A stretch of DNA of 52,189 bases from contig JAFCCW010000003.1 in NCBI GenBank assembly GCA_017609985.1, positions 1 to 52,189 on the forward strand, read 5' to 3'. Source of the stretch: Candidatus Iainarchaeum sp. (GTDB lineage: Archaea > Iainarchaeota > Iainarchaeia > Iainarchaeales > JAFCCW01). Below, piece by piece: positions 10,205 through 19,466 of this stretch (position 1 is its first letter; the number at the start of each line of letters is the position of its first letter). Below the pieces are notes generated by a model that saw nothing but the letters and a program-made list of their open reading frames with translations, searched no databases and was not told where the DNA came from. Made by a program: the position numbers and the translations under genes.

Positions 10205-10336
10205 ATGACTAAAAGAAGGTGTTGGCAAATCCTGCAAAGGATGCAGTGCCAGCAGGCGCTTGAAGAGTGCCAGCAGGTGCTTGAAGAGTGCCAGCAGGTG
10301 CTTGAAGAGTGCCAGCAGGTGCAAATCCAGGCATAA
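10205..10336 (+). CDS. Putative 43-aa upstream ORF MTKRRCWQILQRMQCQQALEECQQVLEECQQVLEECQQVQIQA
   Basis: ATG 10205 to TAA 10336, about 25 nt after TATA-like CTTAAAAA (~10175-10182); spans the 21-bp repeat in frame. Confidence 0.4.
   Translation: MTKRRCWQILQRMQCQQALEECQQVLEECQQVLEECQQVQIQA
10245..10322 (+). repeat. 21-bp tandem repeat AGTGCCAGCAGGTGCTTGAAG, about 3.7 copies
   Basis: Directly visible; no spacers; one mismatch in the first copy. Confidence 0.95.
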
Positions 10337-10387
10337 GCTGGACTTTGACAGCTTTAAGACTTTTTTAACTAATTTTAGGTGGTGTGC

Positions 10388-11926
10388 TTGAAAAAGCAAA
10401 AAATAGAGCTTGTAGATGTTACTCTAAGGGATGGAGAGCAGACAAAAGGAGTTAGCTTTAACACAAAGGAAAAGCTAAGCATTGCAAAAACTCTGCTTTT
10501 GGAAGTCAAAGTTGACAGAATAGAGATAGCAAGCGCTCTTGTTTCAGAAAAAGAAAAAAAATCTGTTCAAAAAATAATGCAATGGGCTAAAAAGCAGGGC
10601 TTCGAAAACAAGGTAGAGGTTCTTGGATTTACTGATGGGGAAAAAAGCTCTGACTGGATTTATGAAACCGGGTGCAGAAGAATAAACCTGTTGGTAAAAG
10701 GCTCAAAAAAGCACTGCGAAAAACAGCTTGGAAAAAAACCAGAAGAGCATTTCAAGGATGCAGAAAAAACAATCAAGTATGCATTAGGCAAGAAAATGAA
10801 AGTGAATGCTTATCTGGAAGACTGGAGCAATGGAATAAAGGAAAGCAAGGATTATGTTTACAAATTTACTGAAAGACTTTTCAATGCAGGAGTAGAGCGT
10901 GTTCTGCTTCCTGATACCCTGGGATTGCTTTCACCAGAAAAAACAAAGTATTATGTAGAAGAAATTGTTTCTGCGTTTCCAGGAAAACTGTTTGAATTTC
11001 ATGCTCACAATGATTATGGCCTTGCTACTGCCAACAGCCTTGCAGCTGCTAAAGCAGGAGCAAAAGCTCTCCACGTAACAATCAACGGGCTGGGCGAGCG
11101 GGCAGGCAATGCATCTCTTGACGAAGTAGTTGCATCAATAGCTGACCACACCAGTCTTTCAACCAGAGTGAATGAGAAAATGTTGCTCAAGTCAAGCGAA
11201 CTTGTTGAAAAATTTTCCGGAAGAAGGCTGGGAGAGAACAAGCCGATTTCCGGAAGAAGCTTTTTTACCCATGCAGCAGGAATTCATGCAGACGGTTCAA
11301 AAAAAGGAATGCTTTACGAAAACAAGCTTTTGCCGGAGCGATTTGGGCAGACAAGAGAGTATGCTCTTGGCAAACTGAGCGGAAAGGCTTCGCTTGAAAT
11401 GAATCTGAAGAAGATGGATATAAGCCTTGACGCAGAACAGAAAAAAAAGGTGCTTAACAGGATTGTTGAGCTTGGAGAAAAGAAAAAAAAAGTTACTCCT
11501 GAGGACCTGCCATTTATAATTTCAGACATTCTTGAAACTCCTGAAGACAAGAAGCTGGTTATTGAAAGCTTTGACTGTGTTTCAGCAATGGAAAAAGAGC
11601 CAAGGTCAACGATTTTGGTGAGATTCAATGGAAAGAAAGCAGAGGAAAGCGAGACTGGAGACGGAGGATACGACGCATTCATGAACGCGCTAAGGAAAGC
11701 TTCCGCAAAGCTCGGATTCAAAATTCTGAAACTCTTAGACTATGAAGTGCAGATTCCCCCCGGCGGAGAAACAGATGCAATAGTTGAGACAACAATAACC
11801 TGGAAAAAGAATGGTTCACAATTCAAGACAACTGGTGTTGACTCAGACCAGCTTGTAGCAGCAATCAAGGCAACGGAAAAAATGCTTAATATTGCTAATG
11901 CAGATCTTGAAAATAAAGAAATTTGA
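10388..11926 (+). CDS. cimA: Citramalate synthase (Leptospira/Bacteroidetes type, IPMS family)
   Basis: DVTLRDGEQ, YLEDWSNG, HAHNDYGLA, GLGERAGN, C-terminal regulatory domain GDGGYDAF/IPPGGETDA; TTG start after AGGTGG. Confidence 0.85.
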   Translation: MKKQKIELVDVTLRDGEQTKGVSFNTKEKLSIAKTLLLEVKVDRIEIASALVSEKEKKSVQKIMQWAKKQGFENKVEVLGFTDGEKSSDWIYETGCRRINLLVKGSKKHCEKQLGKKPEEHFKDAEKTIKYALGKKMKVNAYLEDWSNGIKESKDYVYKFTERLFNAGVERVLLPDTLGLLSPEKTKYYVEEIVSAFPGKLFEFHAHNDYGLATANSLAAAKAGAKALHVTINGLGERAGNASLDEVVASIADHTSLSTRVNEKMLLKSSELVEKFSGRRLGENKPISGRSFFTHAAGIHADGSKKGMLYENKLLPERFGQTREYALGKLSGKASLEMNLKKMDISLDAEQKKKVLNRIVELGEKKKKVTPEDLPFIISDILETPEDKKLVIESFDCVSAMEKEPRSTILVRFNGKKAEESETGDGGYDAFMNALRKASAKLGFKILKLLDYEVQIPPGGETDAIVETTITWKKNGSQFKTTGVDSDQLVAAIKATEKMLNIANADLENKEI

Positions 11927-11972
11927 CAAAAGCCTTAAAAGGAATTACTTCTTTTGTTATTAACGGGTTTTC

Positions 11973-13061
11973 TTGGACCGGCAAAAAAGAAAAAAAGCAA
12001 AATTGGTTCTGGAAGACGGTACTGTTTTTCAAGGCACATCATTTGGTGCAGAAGTTAATTCTGGTGGAGAAGTAGTCTTTAGCACAGGCATGGTTGGCTA
12101 TGAGTATTCTTTAACTGACCCAAGCTATGATGGACAGGTCTTGTGCATGACCTACCCTCTTGCAGGAAACTATGGCGTGCCAAAGAAGATTCTTGAAAAC
12201 GAAATCCTGAAATATTTTGAAAGCGACAAGATATGGATTAAGGGGCTTGTTGTTGTTGAATACTCTGAAAAACACAATCATTGGAATTCAGAGAAAAGCC
12301 TTGGAGACTGGTTAAAGGAAGAGAATGTTCCTGCAATAACAGGAATTGACGTAAGAGCCTTGACTAAAAAGTTGAGAGAGCACGGCACAATGCTTGGAAG
12401 AATAGAAATTGAAGGAAACGAAGAGGGAAAAGAATTTTACAATCCAGACGAAGAAAATCTCGTGGAAAATGTTTCAACAAGAAGGCTTACAGAGTACGGC
12501 AAGGGAAGTAAAAAGATTGCACTGCTTGACTGCGGAGTAAAAAACAACATAGTCAGATCTCTTGTCACAAGAGGAACAAAAGTAATCAAGGTTCCATGGG
12601 ATTATGATGTTTTTGAAAAAAAGATTGATTTTGACGGAATAGTTATTTCAAACGGCCCAGGAGATCCAAAAAAAGCAGTTGCAACAATTGAGACAGTAGC
12701 AAAAGCAATTGAAAAAGAAGTTCCTGTTTTCGGAGTTTGCCTTGGAAACCAGATTCTTGCACTTGCTGCAAGAGGAGACACTTACAAATTAAAGTACGGG
12801 CACAGGTCAGCAAACCAACCCTGCCGAATTTCAGGAAGCGAGAGATGTTATATTACTTCACAAAACCATGGCTTTGCAGTGAACCTAAAAAGCCTTGACA
12901 AGGAATGGGAGGCCTGGTTTGAAAACGTTAATGACGGAACAAACGAGGGAATAAAACACAAAAACAAGCCATTCATGAGCGTGCAATTTCATCCTGAAGC
13001 AAACCCTGGCCCAACAGACACAGGATTCTTGTTTGACGAATTTATCAAGGAGCTGAAATAG
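11973..13061 (+). CDS. carA: Carbamoyl-phosphate synthase small subunit
   Basis: GEVVFSTGMVGY, SNGPGDP, GVCLGNQ (catalytic Cys), QFHPE. Confidence 0.97.
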   Translation: MDRQKRKKAKLVLEDGTVFQGTSFGAEVNSGGEVVFSTGMVGYEYSLTDPSYDGQVLCMTYPLAGNYGVPKKILENEILKYFESDKIWIKGLVVVEYSEKHNHWNSEKSLGDWLKEENVPAITGIDVRALTKKLREHGTMLGRIEIEGNEEGKEFYNPDEENLVENVSTRRLTEYGKGSKKIALLDCGVKNNIVRSLVTRGTKVIKVPWDYDVFEKKIDFDGIVISNGPGDPKKAVATIETVAKAIEKEVPVFGVCLGNQILALAARGDTYKLKYGHRSANQPCRISGSERCYITSQNHGFAVNLKSLDKEWEAWFENVNDGTNEGIKHKNKPFMSVQFHPEANPGPTDTGFLFDEFIKELK

Positions 13062-16000
13062 TGAAAAAAGAAAAAACAGGCAAGCCAAAAAAGGTTCTTG
13101 TGCTCGGCTCCGGAGCACTTAAGATTGGAGAAGCTGGAGAGTTTGACTACAGTGGAAGTCAGGCGCTCAAAGCACTAAAGGAAGAGGGAATAAAAACTGT
13201 TTTAGTTAACCCAAATATTGCTACTGTTCAGACAAGCCAAGAGTTTGCTGACGCACTCTACCTGCTTCCGGTTAATGCTTATTTTGTTGAAAAAGTCATT
13301 GAAAAAGAAAAACCAGACGGCATTCTTCTTGGATTTGGAGGGCAGACTGCACTGAACTGCGGAATCGAACTTCACCGAAAAGGAATTATTAAAAAGCACA
13401 ACATAAAAGTTTTGGGAACTCAAATAGACGCGATTGAAACAACTGAGGACCGGGAACTCTTTGTAAATGCTCTTGCAGAAATTAATGTTAAGGTTCCAAA
13501 CAGTTTCGCAGTCAGCTCAAAAGAGCAGGCAATGGAGGCCGTGAAAAAAATTGGTTTTCCAACAATTGTCCGAGTTGCATATGCTCTTGGAGGCAGGGGA
13601 AGCGGAATAGCAAACAATAATGAAGAGTTCACTGAAATTGTTGAAAAGGCTTTTTCTCATTCAAAGCAAATTCTTGTAGAAGAATATCTTGAAGGATGGA
13701 AAGAAATTGAATATGAGGTTGTTCGAGACAAAGAAGACAACTGTGTTACTGTCTGCAATATGGAGAACTTTGACCCGATGGGAATTCACACAGGAGAAAG
13801 CATTGTTGTTGCCCCAAGCCAGACTCTTACAAACACAGAATACCACAAACTGAGAGAAATTTCAATAAAGGTTATAAGACATCTTGGGATTGTTGGAGAA
13901 TGCAATATCCAGTTTGCGCTTGACCCGAAAAGCGAGGACTATCGTGTTATTGAAGTAAATGCAAGGCTTAGCCGGAGTTCGGCCCTAGCATCCAAAGCAA
14001 CTGGTTATCCTCTTGCATTTGTTGCAACAAAGCTTGCTTTGAATTATCCGCTTACAAAAGTAGAAAACAAGATTACAAAAAAAACAATGGCTTGTTTTGA
14101 ACCAGCGCTTGACTACCTGGTAATGAAAATGCCAAGATGGGACTTGCAAAAATTTAAGAAAGTCAAGAAAGAAATTGGCACAGAAATGAAAAGTGTCGGA
14201 GAAGTAATGGCTATTGGAAGAAACTTTGAAGAAGTAATACAAAAAGCAATCAGAATGTTAAACATTGGAATGTACGGTCTTGTGTTAAACAAGGTTTCAT
14301 TTAAGGGTCTGGAAAAAGAGCTTTCAAGACCAACAGACAAAAGATTGTTTGCAATAGTTGAAGCAATCAAATCAGGATACAGTATTGACAAAATACACGA
14401 GCTTACAAGAATAGACAAATGGTTTCTTTACAAGATAGAAAATATTGTAAACATAGAGAAAAATATTTCTAAACAATCCCTTGAAGAAATTTCAAAAGAG
14501 CAAATGCTTAAAGCAAAGCAGGCTGGATTTTCAGATAAGCAGATTTCAATGCTTGACGGAAAAAAAGATGAATTATATGTCAGAAAAATAAGAAAAAAAC
14601 TTGGAGTAAATCCTTCGATAAAACAAATTGACACGCTTGCAGCAGAATATCCTGCAGAAAGCAATTATCTTTATGTGACATATCATGGAACAGAAAATGA
14701 CATTCCGCAAGACAAAGAAAATAAGATTATTGTTCTCGGAAGTGGACCATACTCGATTGGAAGCAGTGTTGAATTTGACTGGTGCTGTGTTAGTGCAATA
14801 AACACACTCAAAAAAGAGGGCGTGGGAACAATAATGATTAACTCTAATCCGGAAACTGTTTCAACAGACTATGATGTAAGTGACAAGCTTTACTTTGAAG
14901 AGCTTTCACTTGAAAGAGTTCTGGATGTTTATGAATATGAAAAAGCAAAAGGAATAATTATTTCTACAGGCGGGCAGATTCCGAATAATCTTGCAATAAA
15001 ACTTCACAAGGCAAATGCAAAAATTCTTGGAACAAGACCTGAAGACATTGACAGAGCAGAAAATAGAAACAAGTTTTCTGGATTGTGTGACAAACTGGAA
15101 ATTGACCAGCCAGCCTGGAGAGAACTTTCAACTGAGAAGAGTGCGTTAGAGTTTTCAGAAAAAGTTGGCTATCCTGTGCTTGTAAGACCAAGCTATGTTC
15201 TAAGCGGAGCAGCAATGAATGTAGCTTTCAAGGAAGAAGAACTCCGCTCTTTTTTGAAAACAGCTTCTGATGTTTCAAAAGAACACCCTGTTACAATTAC
15301 AAAGTTTATCACAAACGCCAAAGAAATTGACCTTGACGCAGTAGCAAACAATGGAGAAATAGTTGCCTGGGCAATAAACGAGCATGTGGAAAATGCAGGA
15401 GTTCATTCCGGAGACGCAACAATGGTTTTGCCACCGCAGAAGACTTACATTGAAACAATGAGAAGAATTAGACAGATCGCAAGCCAGCTTGCAAAAGAGT
15501 TATCCATTACTGGCCCATTCAATGTCCAGTTCATTGCAAAAGACAACGAAGTGAAAGTGATTGAATGCAATCTTCGTGCTTCACGTTCTTTCCCGTTTGT
15601 ATCAAAAGTTACTGGAAAAAACTTTATTGAAATTGCAGTAAAGTCAGCTCTTGGAAAAAAAGTAGAGCTTGTTGCAAATCCTTCGCTTGAACTTGATTAT
15701 GTTGGAGTAAAGGCACCGCAGTTTTCTTTCTCCAGACTTAAAGGAGCAGACCCGATTCTAAGTGTTGAAATGGCTTCAACTGGAGAAGTTGCTTGTCTTG
15801 GAAATGACTTAGAAGATGCTTTCCTTAAATCAATTATTTCGACTGGAATGAAAATGCCAAAGAAAAATGTGCTTGTAGCAATAAGTGGAGAAGAAAACAA
15901 ATGGGAACTTCTTGAAGAAATAAAGATGCTTAAAAAAGCAGGCTTTAATCTTTATGCAACACACCACACACACTATTTCCTTAAAGGAAATCTTCTCGAA

Positions 16001-16273
16001 AGTGAAATGCTACACAAGGTTTACGAAAAGAAAAAGCCGAATGTGTTGGAACATCTGACAAAGGGAGACATTGATTTTGTAATAAATATTCCCACATCTC
16101 ACCTGAGAAAAGAATACGAAGATGAATATGTGCTGAGACGAGCTGCAGTGGACTTTGGAATCCCACTTCTTACAAATGTACAGGTTACAAAAATGTTTGT
16201 CAAATCAGTTCTTGAAAAAAAGCTTGAGAATCTTGAAATCAAGAGCTGGCAGGAATATGTTGAAGGCAAATAA
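13061..16273 (+). CDS. carB: Carbamoyl-phosphate synthase large subunit
   Basis: LGSGALKIGEAGEFDYSG, two ATP-grasp domains (IEVNARLSRSS; IECNLRASRS), C-terminal MGS domain. Confidence 0.98.
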   Translation: MKKEKTGKPKKVLVLGSGALKIGEAGEFDYSGSQALKALKEEGIKTVLVNPNIATVQTSQEFADALYLLPVNAYFVEKVIEKEKPDGILLGFGGQTALNCGIELHRKGIIKKHNIKVLGTQIDAIETTEDRELFVNALAEINVKVPNSFAVSSKEQAMEAVKKIGFPTIVRVAYALGGRGSGIANNNEEFTEIVEKAFSHSKQILVEEYLEGWKEIEYEVVRDKEDNCVTVCNMENFDPMGIHTGESIVVAPSQTLTNTEYHKLREISIKVIRHLGIVGECNIQFALDPKSEDYRVIEVNARLSRSSALASKATGYPLAFVATKLALNYPLTKVENKITKKTMACFEPALDYLVMKMPRWDLQKFKKVKKEIGTEMKSVGEVMAIGRNFEEVIQKAIRMLNIGMYGLVLNKVSFKGLEKELSRPTDKRLFAIVEAIKSGYSIDKIHELTRIDKWFLYKIENIVNIEKNISKQSLEEISKEQMLKAKQAGFSDKQISMLDGKKDELYVRKIRKKLGVNPSIKQIDTLAAEYPAESNYLYVTYHGTENDIPQDKENKIIVLGSGPYSIGSSVEFDWCCVSAINTLKKEGVGTIMINSNPETVSTDYDVSDKLYFEELSLERVLDVYEYEKAKGIIISTGGQIPNNLAIKLHKANAKILGTRPEDIDRAENRNKFSGLCDKLEIDQPAWRELSTEKSALEFSEKVGYPVLVRPSYVLSGAAMNVAFKEEELRSFLKTASDVSKEHPVTITKFITNAKEIDLDAVANNGEIVAWAINEHVENAGVHSGDATMVLPPQKTYIETMRRIRQIASQLAKELSITGPFNVQFIAKDNEVKVIECNLRASRSFPFVSKVTGKNFIEIAVKSALGKKVELVANPSLELDYVGVKAPQFSFSRLKGADPILSVEMASTGEVACLGNDLEDAFLKSIISTGMKMPKKNVLVAISGEENKWELLEEIKMLKKAGFNLYATHHTHYFLKGNLLESEMLHKVYEKKKPNVLEHLTKGDIDFVINIPTSHLRKEYEDEYVLRRAAVDFGIPLLTNVQVTKMFVKSVLEKKLENLEIKSWQEYVEGK

Positions 16274-16311
16274 TTAGTCAAGTAAAATACTTGTCCTGTT
16301 TTCTAAAACAC

Positions 16312-17391
16312 TTATTCCATATTCTCTTTTCTAACAGACTGTGCCTGCAATGCATCAGCCAGAACAAGAGCAACCATTGATTCAGCGACTGGGACAATGC
16401 GTGGACAGATGCATGGATCATGTCTTCCCTCTGTTTTTATTTTACTGGGTCTTCCAGACTCATCAACTGTTTTTTGTTCAATAGAAATTGAAGCAGTTGG
16501 CTTAACTGCAATCCTTAGAACAATGTCTTGCCCTGTTGAAATTCCGCCAAGGACCCCGCCTGAGTTGTTTGAAGCAAATTTTGCCTTGCCTGACTTCATT
16601 GAAATAATTTCATCATCCATCTGTTTTCCATTCAATTTCGCAGAAGAAAAACCAGAACCGATTTCAACCCCCTTGACTGCTCCAATCCCCATCAAAGCCT
16701 TTGCGAGCTCAGCATCAAGTTTTCCAAAAACAGGTTCTCCAAGACCAGGGGGAGTTCCAGAAACAACTATTTCCACTATTCCTCCAAGAGAATTTCCCTC
16801 AGACTTTGCTTTAAGAATTGCTTTCTCAATCTTTTTTGCAATGCTACTGTCGGGACAGCGAACAGGATTCTTTTCAATCTCGCTGAAATCTATTTTAGTG
16901 CACTCTGTTCCTGCAACACTCTTGACATAAGCAGTTATTTTTATTTTTTCTTTTTTCAAAATCTTTTTCGCAACTGCTCCTGCTGCAACCCGCCCAATTG
17001 TTTCACGACCTGAAGAACGGCCTCCTCCACGATAGTCTCTTAACCCAAACTTTTTCCAGTAAGTGAAGTCAGCATGGCCTGGTCTAAACAAGTTCTTTAT
17101 TTTTTCATAGTCAGAAGGGTGAGCAGAAGTATTGCGAATCAAAACGCATATTGGAGTTCCAGTTGTTTTCCCTTCAAACACGCCTGAAAGAATTTCTGCA
17201 ACATCTCCTTCTTTTCGGGAAGTGGAAATATTTGACTGCCCTGGTTTTCTCTTATCCAATTCTTTTTGAATATCTTTTTCAGAAATTTTTAATCCAGATT
17301 TCACGCCGTCAATTACCACTCCAATAGCAGAACCATGGCTTTCTCCAAAAGTTGTTATTTTGAACGACTCTCCAAAAATATTTCCACTCAT
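16312..17391 (-). CDS. aroC: Chorismate synthase
   Basis: TFGESHG, RPGHAD, RSSGRET, GRHDPC. Confidence 0.97.
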   Translation of the reverse strand: MSGNIFGESFKITTFGESHGSAIGVVIDGVKSGLKISEKDIQKELDKRKPGQSNISTSRKEGDVAEILSGVFEGKTTGTPICVLIRNTSAHPSDYEKIKNLFRPGHADFTYWKKFGLRDYRGGGRSSGRETIGRVAAGAVAKKILKKEKIKITAYVKSVAGTECTKIDFSEIEKNPVRCPDSSIAKKIEKAILKAKSEGNSLGGIVEIVVSGTPPGLGEPVFGKLDAELAKALMGIGAVKGVEIGSGFSSAKLNGKQMDDEIISMKSGKAKFASNNSGGVLGGISTGQDIVLRIAVKPTASISIEQKTVDESGRPSKIKTEGRHDPCICPRIVPVAESMVALVLADALQAQSVRKENME

Positions 17392-18248
17392 TCAGAAAAC
17401 CTCTCTTTCAGAACAGCCTGTCTCATTTCTTCTTCAGGTGCCTGTAACCCGGTGAAAATTTCAAACATTTCAAAAGCTTGTCCCAAAAACATTTCAACAC
17501 CTGAAACCGTGATGCATGCTTTTTCCTTAGCCTCTGCAAGAAGACGTGTGTGCATTGGAGTATGAACTGCGTCAAAGACCACCTTGCTCCTGCTTAAAGA
17601 CTCTGCAGGAAATGGTGTGTTAGCTGAGTCTTGCCCCATTCCAACAGAGGTTGCGTTCACAAGAATATCATATTCTGTGAAAAGCCTTTCAGCCCAATTA
17701 ACCTGTTTCGCTCCAAGCTCTTTGGCAAAATATTTTGCTTTTTCATTCGTTCTGTTGGAAACAATAATTCTTGCAGACTCCTGCTTTAAGCCAAAAGCAA
17801 TAGCTCTTGCAGCACCGCCTGAACCAAGGAGAAGCGCTTTTTTTCCGGAAACAGGTGTTGCGTTTTTTAGAGCACGCATTGCTCCGCCAACATCAGTATT
17901 GTGACCAGAAAGCAAGCCATCAGAATTAACAATGCAATTGACTGCACCAACCTGTTCAGCAACAGAGTCAAGAGAATCAAGAAAAGGAATTACTTTCTCC
18001 TTGAGAGGCATTGTAACAGAGTAGCCAGAGATGGAAAGAGCCTTCATTGCATTTATTGCTCTGCCAGCTTCCTCTGTTTCAAATGCAAGAAAAACTGAGT
18101 TCAGCTTTTTGGCAGCAAATCCTGCGTTCTGAGCAAGCGGAGAAAGAGAATGCTCTACTGGAGAACCAATTATTGCGTAAAGACTTGTTTTTGCATTAAT
18201 CTTGTTTGTGTTACCCTGATTTTCAGCAATCCTGTTTTCTGCAGTCAT
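17388..18248 (-). CDS. aroE: Shikimate dehydrogenase
   Basis: HSLSP, SVTMPLK, GAVN, NTD, LGSGGAARA. Confidence 0.96.
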   Translation of the reverse strand: MTAENRIAENQGNTNKINAKTSLYAIIGSPVEHSLSPLAQNAGFAAKKLNSVFLAFETEEAGRAINAMKALSISGYSVTMPLKEKVIPFLDSLDSVAEQVGAVNCIVNSDGLLSGHNTDVGGAMRALKNATPVSGKKALLLGSGGAARAIAFGLKQESARIIVSNRTNEKAKYFAKELGAKQVNWAERLFTEYDILVNATSVGMGQDSANTPFPAESLSRSKVVFDAVHTPMHTRLLAEAKEKACITVSGVEMFLGQAFEMFEIFTGLQAPEEEMRQAVLKERFSE

Positions 18249-18937
18249 TTCTTCACCAAACCAAACTTTTTCAAGTCCTCAACAGTAATCTGTCCAGGAG
18301 CAGAATTCTTTTTTTCAGACAAAGAACCAAAAAAAGCAAAGCCCCCGTAAGCAGGCGCTAGAATTCTGCTTGCTTTTCCCAAATCACCCATGCAAAAAGA
18401 AATAAGATTTAATTTTTTTGCAGCCGCCATTTGAGAAAGCATTAGAGTACGGGCATTATCCTCAAAGTCTCTGGCAAAAGTTACAATCTTAAAAGCAAAT
18501 GCTTTCGGCCTTTGCTGTTGCATTCTGTCAAAAAGATTTGACAAATGAGAAAGCAACGGAGTGTCTTCAAAATCATGGTGTGAAAGAATAACTCTTGCCC
18601 CAAGGCCGGCGAGATAGTCACGCAGGTCAGCATGCATTGAAAGTTCCAAATCAACATACTTTGCCCCGGCCTGAATCGCATCCTCAAGCAATGCTGACTT
18701 TTCAATTTCAGTTCCCCTGAACTCCCCTCCCTCTCCCTTAAACCTGCAAGTAGCAATAACCGGCTTTTTTGATTTCTTAACCAATGCCTTGATGTTTCCA
18801 GAAGAAGGATTGTTAAGACAGTCAAGTCTTAGTTCAATCAAATCAGCCAGCTTGTTTGCTTTTGAAATATCTTTCAAAGCAGAAGCAGGAGTTTTTGCAG
18901 TGATGGGAATAATAAGTTTAGATTTTTTCAAAACCAT
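18245..18937 (-). CDS. aroD: Type I 3-dehydroquinate dehydratase
   Basis: ELRLD, ATCRxxxEGG, SHHDF, Schiff-base Lys (FKIV), MG...SR, APGQ. Confidence 0.93.
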   Translation of the reverse strand: MVLKKSKLIIPITAKTPASALKDISKANKLADLIELRLDCLNNPSSGNIKALVKKSKKPVIATCRFKGEGGEFRGTEIEKSALLEDAIQAGAKYVDLELSMHADLRDYLAGLGARVILSHHDFEDTPLLSHLSNLFDRMQQQRPKAFAFKIVTFARDFEDNARTLMLSQMAAAKKLNLISFCMGDLGKASRILAPAYGGFAFFGSLSEKKNSAPGQITVEDLKKFGLVKK

Positions 18938-19466
18938 TCGCCTCCATTATCTTGATTACTTTTCCTGCAACCTCTTCAACTGAAAGAGAATCTGTTTCGA
19001 TTTCGAAATCAGACAATCGTTCATATGATTCTGCACGCGATGAAAGTACGCGCTCAATTTCATTCACAAGACCGTCTCCAGTTAAGCCAGGTCTTTGCTG
19101 TTTGTTCTTCTGCAAATCAAGCAAGAGACGCTGCTTTATTGTTTCAGGAGATGCCTTGAGCAATATAACCAGTCCGCTGTTTTTAATCTTTTCTGCATTG
19201 GATTGAGAAAGAATTGCTCCGCCTCCAAGAGCAACAAGTTTTCCGTTGCCTGAACAGGATTCTGTTACAGCATTTGATTCAATTTTTCTAAAACCCTGCT
19301 CTCCTTGTTCTTTAAAGATTTCAGAAATTGTTTTTTCAGCTTTTTTTTCTACAAGCTCATCAGTGTCAACAAAAATTAGGTTAGTTTGTTCTGCGACAAT
19401 CCTGCCAACAGATGTTTTTCCACACGTTCGATAACCAGTCAAAAAAATATTCCTTTGTCTGTTCAT
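18918..19466 (-). CDS. aroK: Shikimate kinase (bacterial P-loop AroK/AroL type)
   Basis: GYRTCGKTSVG Walker A, DTD, GEQGFR, LGGG, RP motif. Confidence 0.95.
   Translation of the reverse strand: MNRQRNIFLTGYRTCGKTSVGRIVAEQTNLIFVDTDELVEKKAEKTISEIFKEQGEQGFRKIESNAVTESCSGNGKLVALGGGAILSQSNAEKIKNSGLVILLKASPETIKQRLLLDLQKNKQQRPGLTGDGLVNEIERVLSSRAESYERLSDFEIETDSLSVEEVAGKVIKIMEANGFEKI

Noticed and set aside
10245-10322. Possible CRISPR array
   Set aside because: Repeats are head-to-tail with no unique spacers, and no cas genes are in the window
10151-10399. 82-aa minus-strand ORF with HLLALFK repeats
   Set aside because: Antisense reading of the 21-bp repeat; it overlaps the cimA start and promoter
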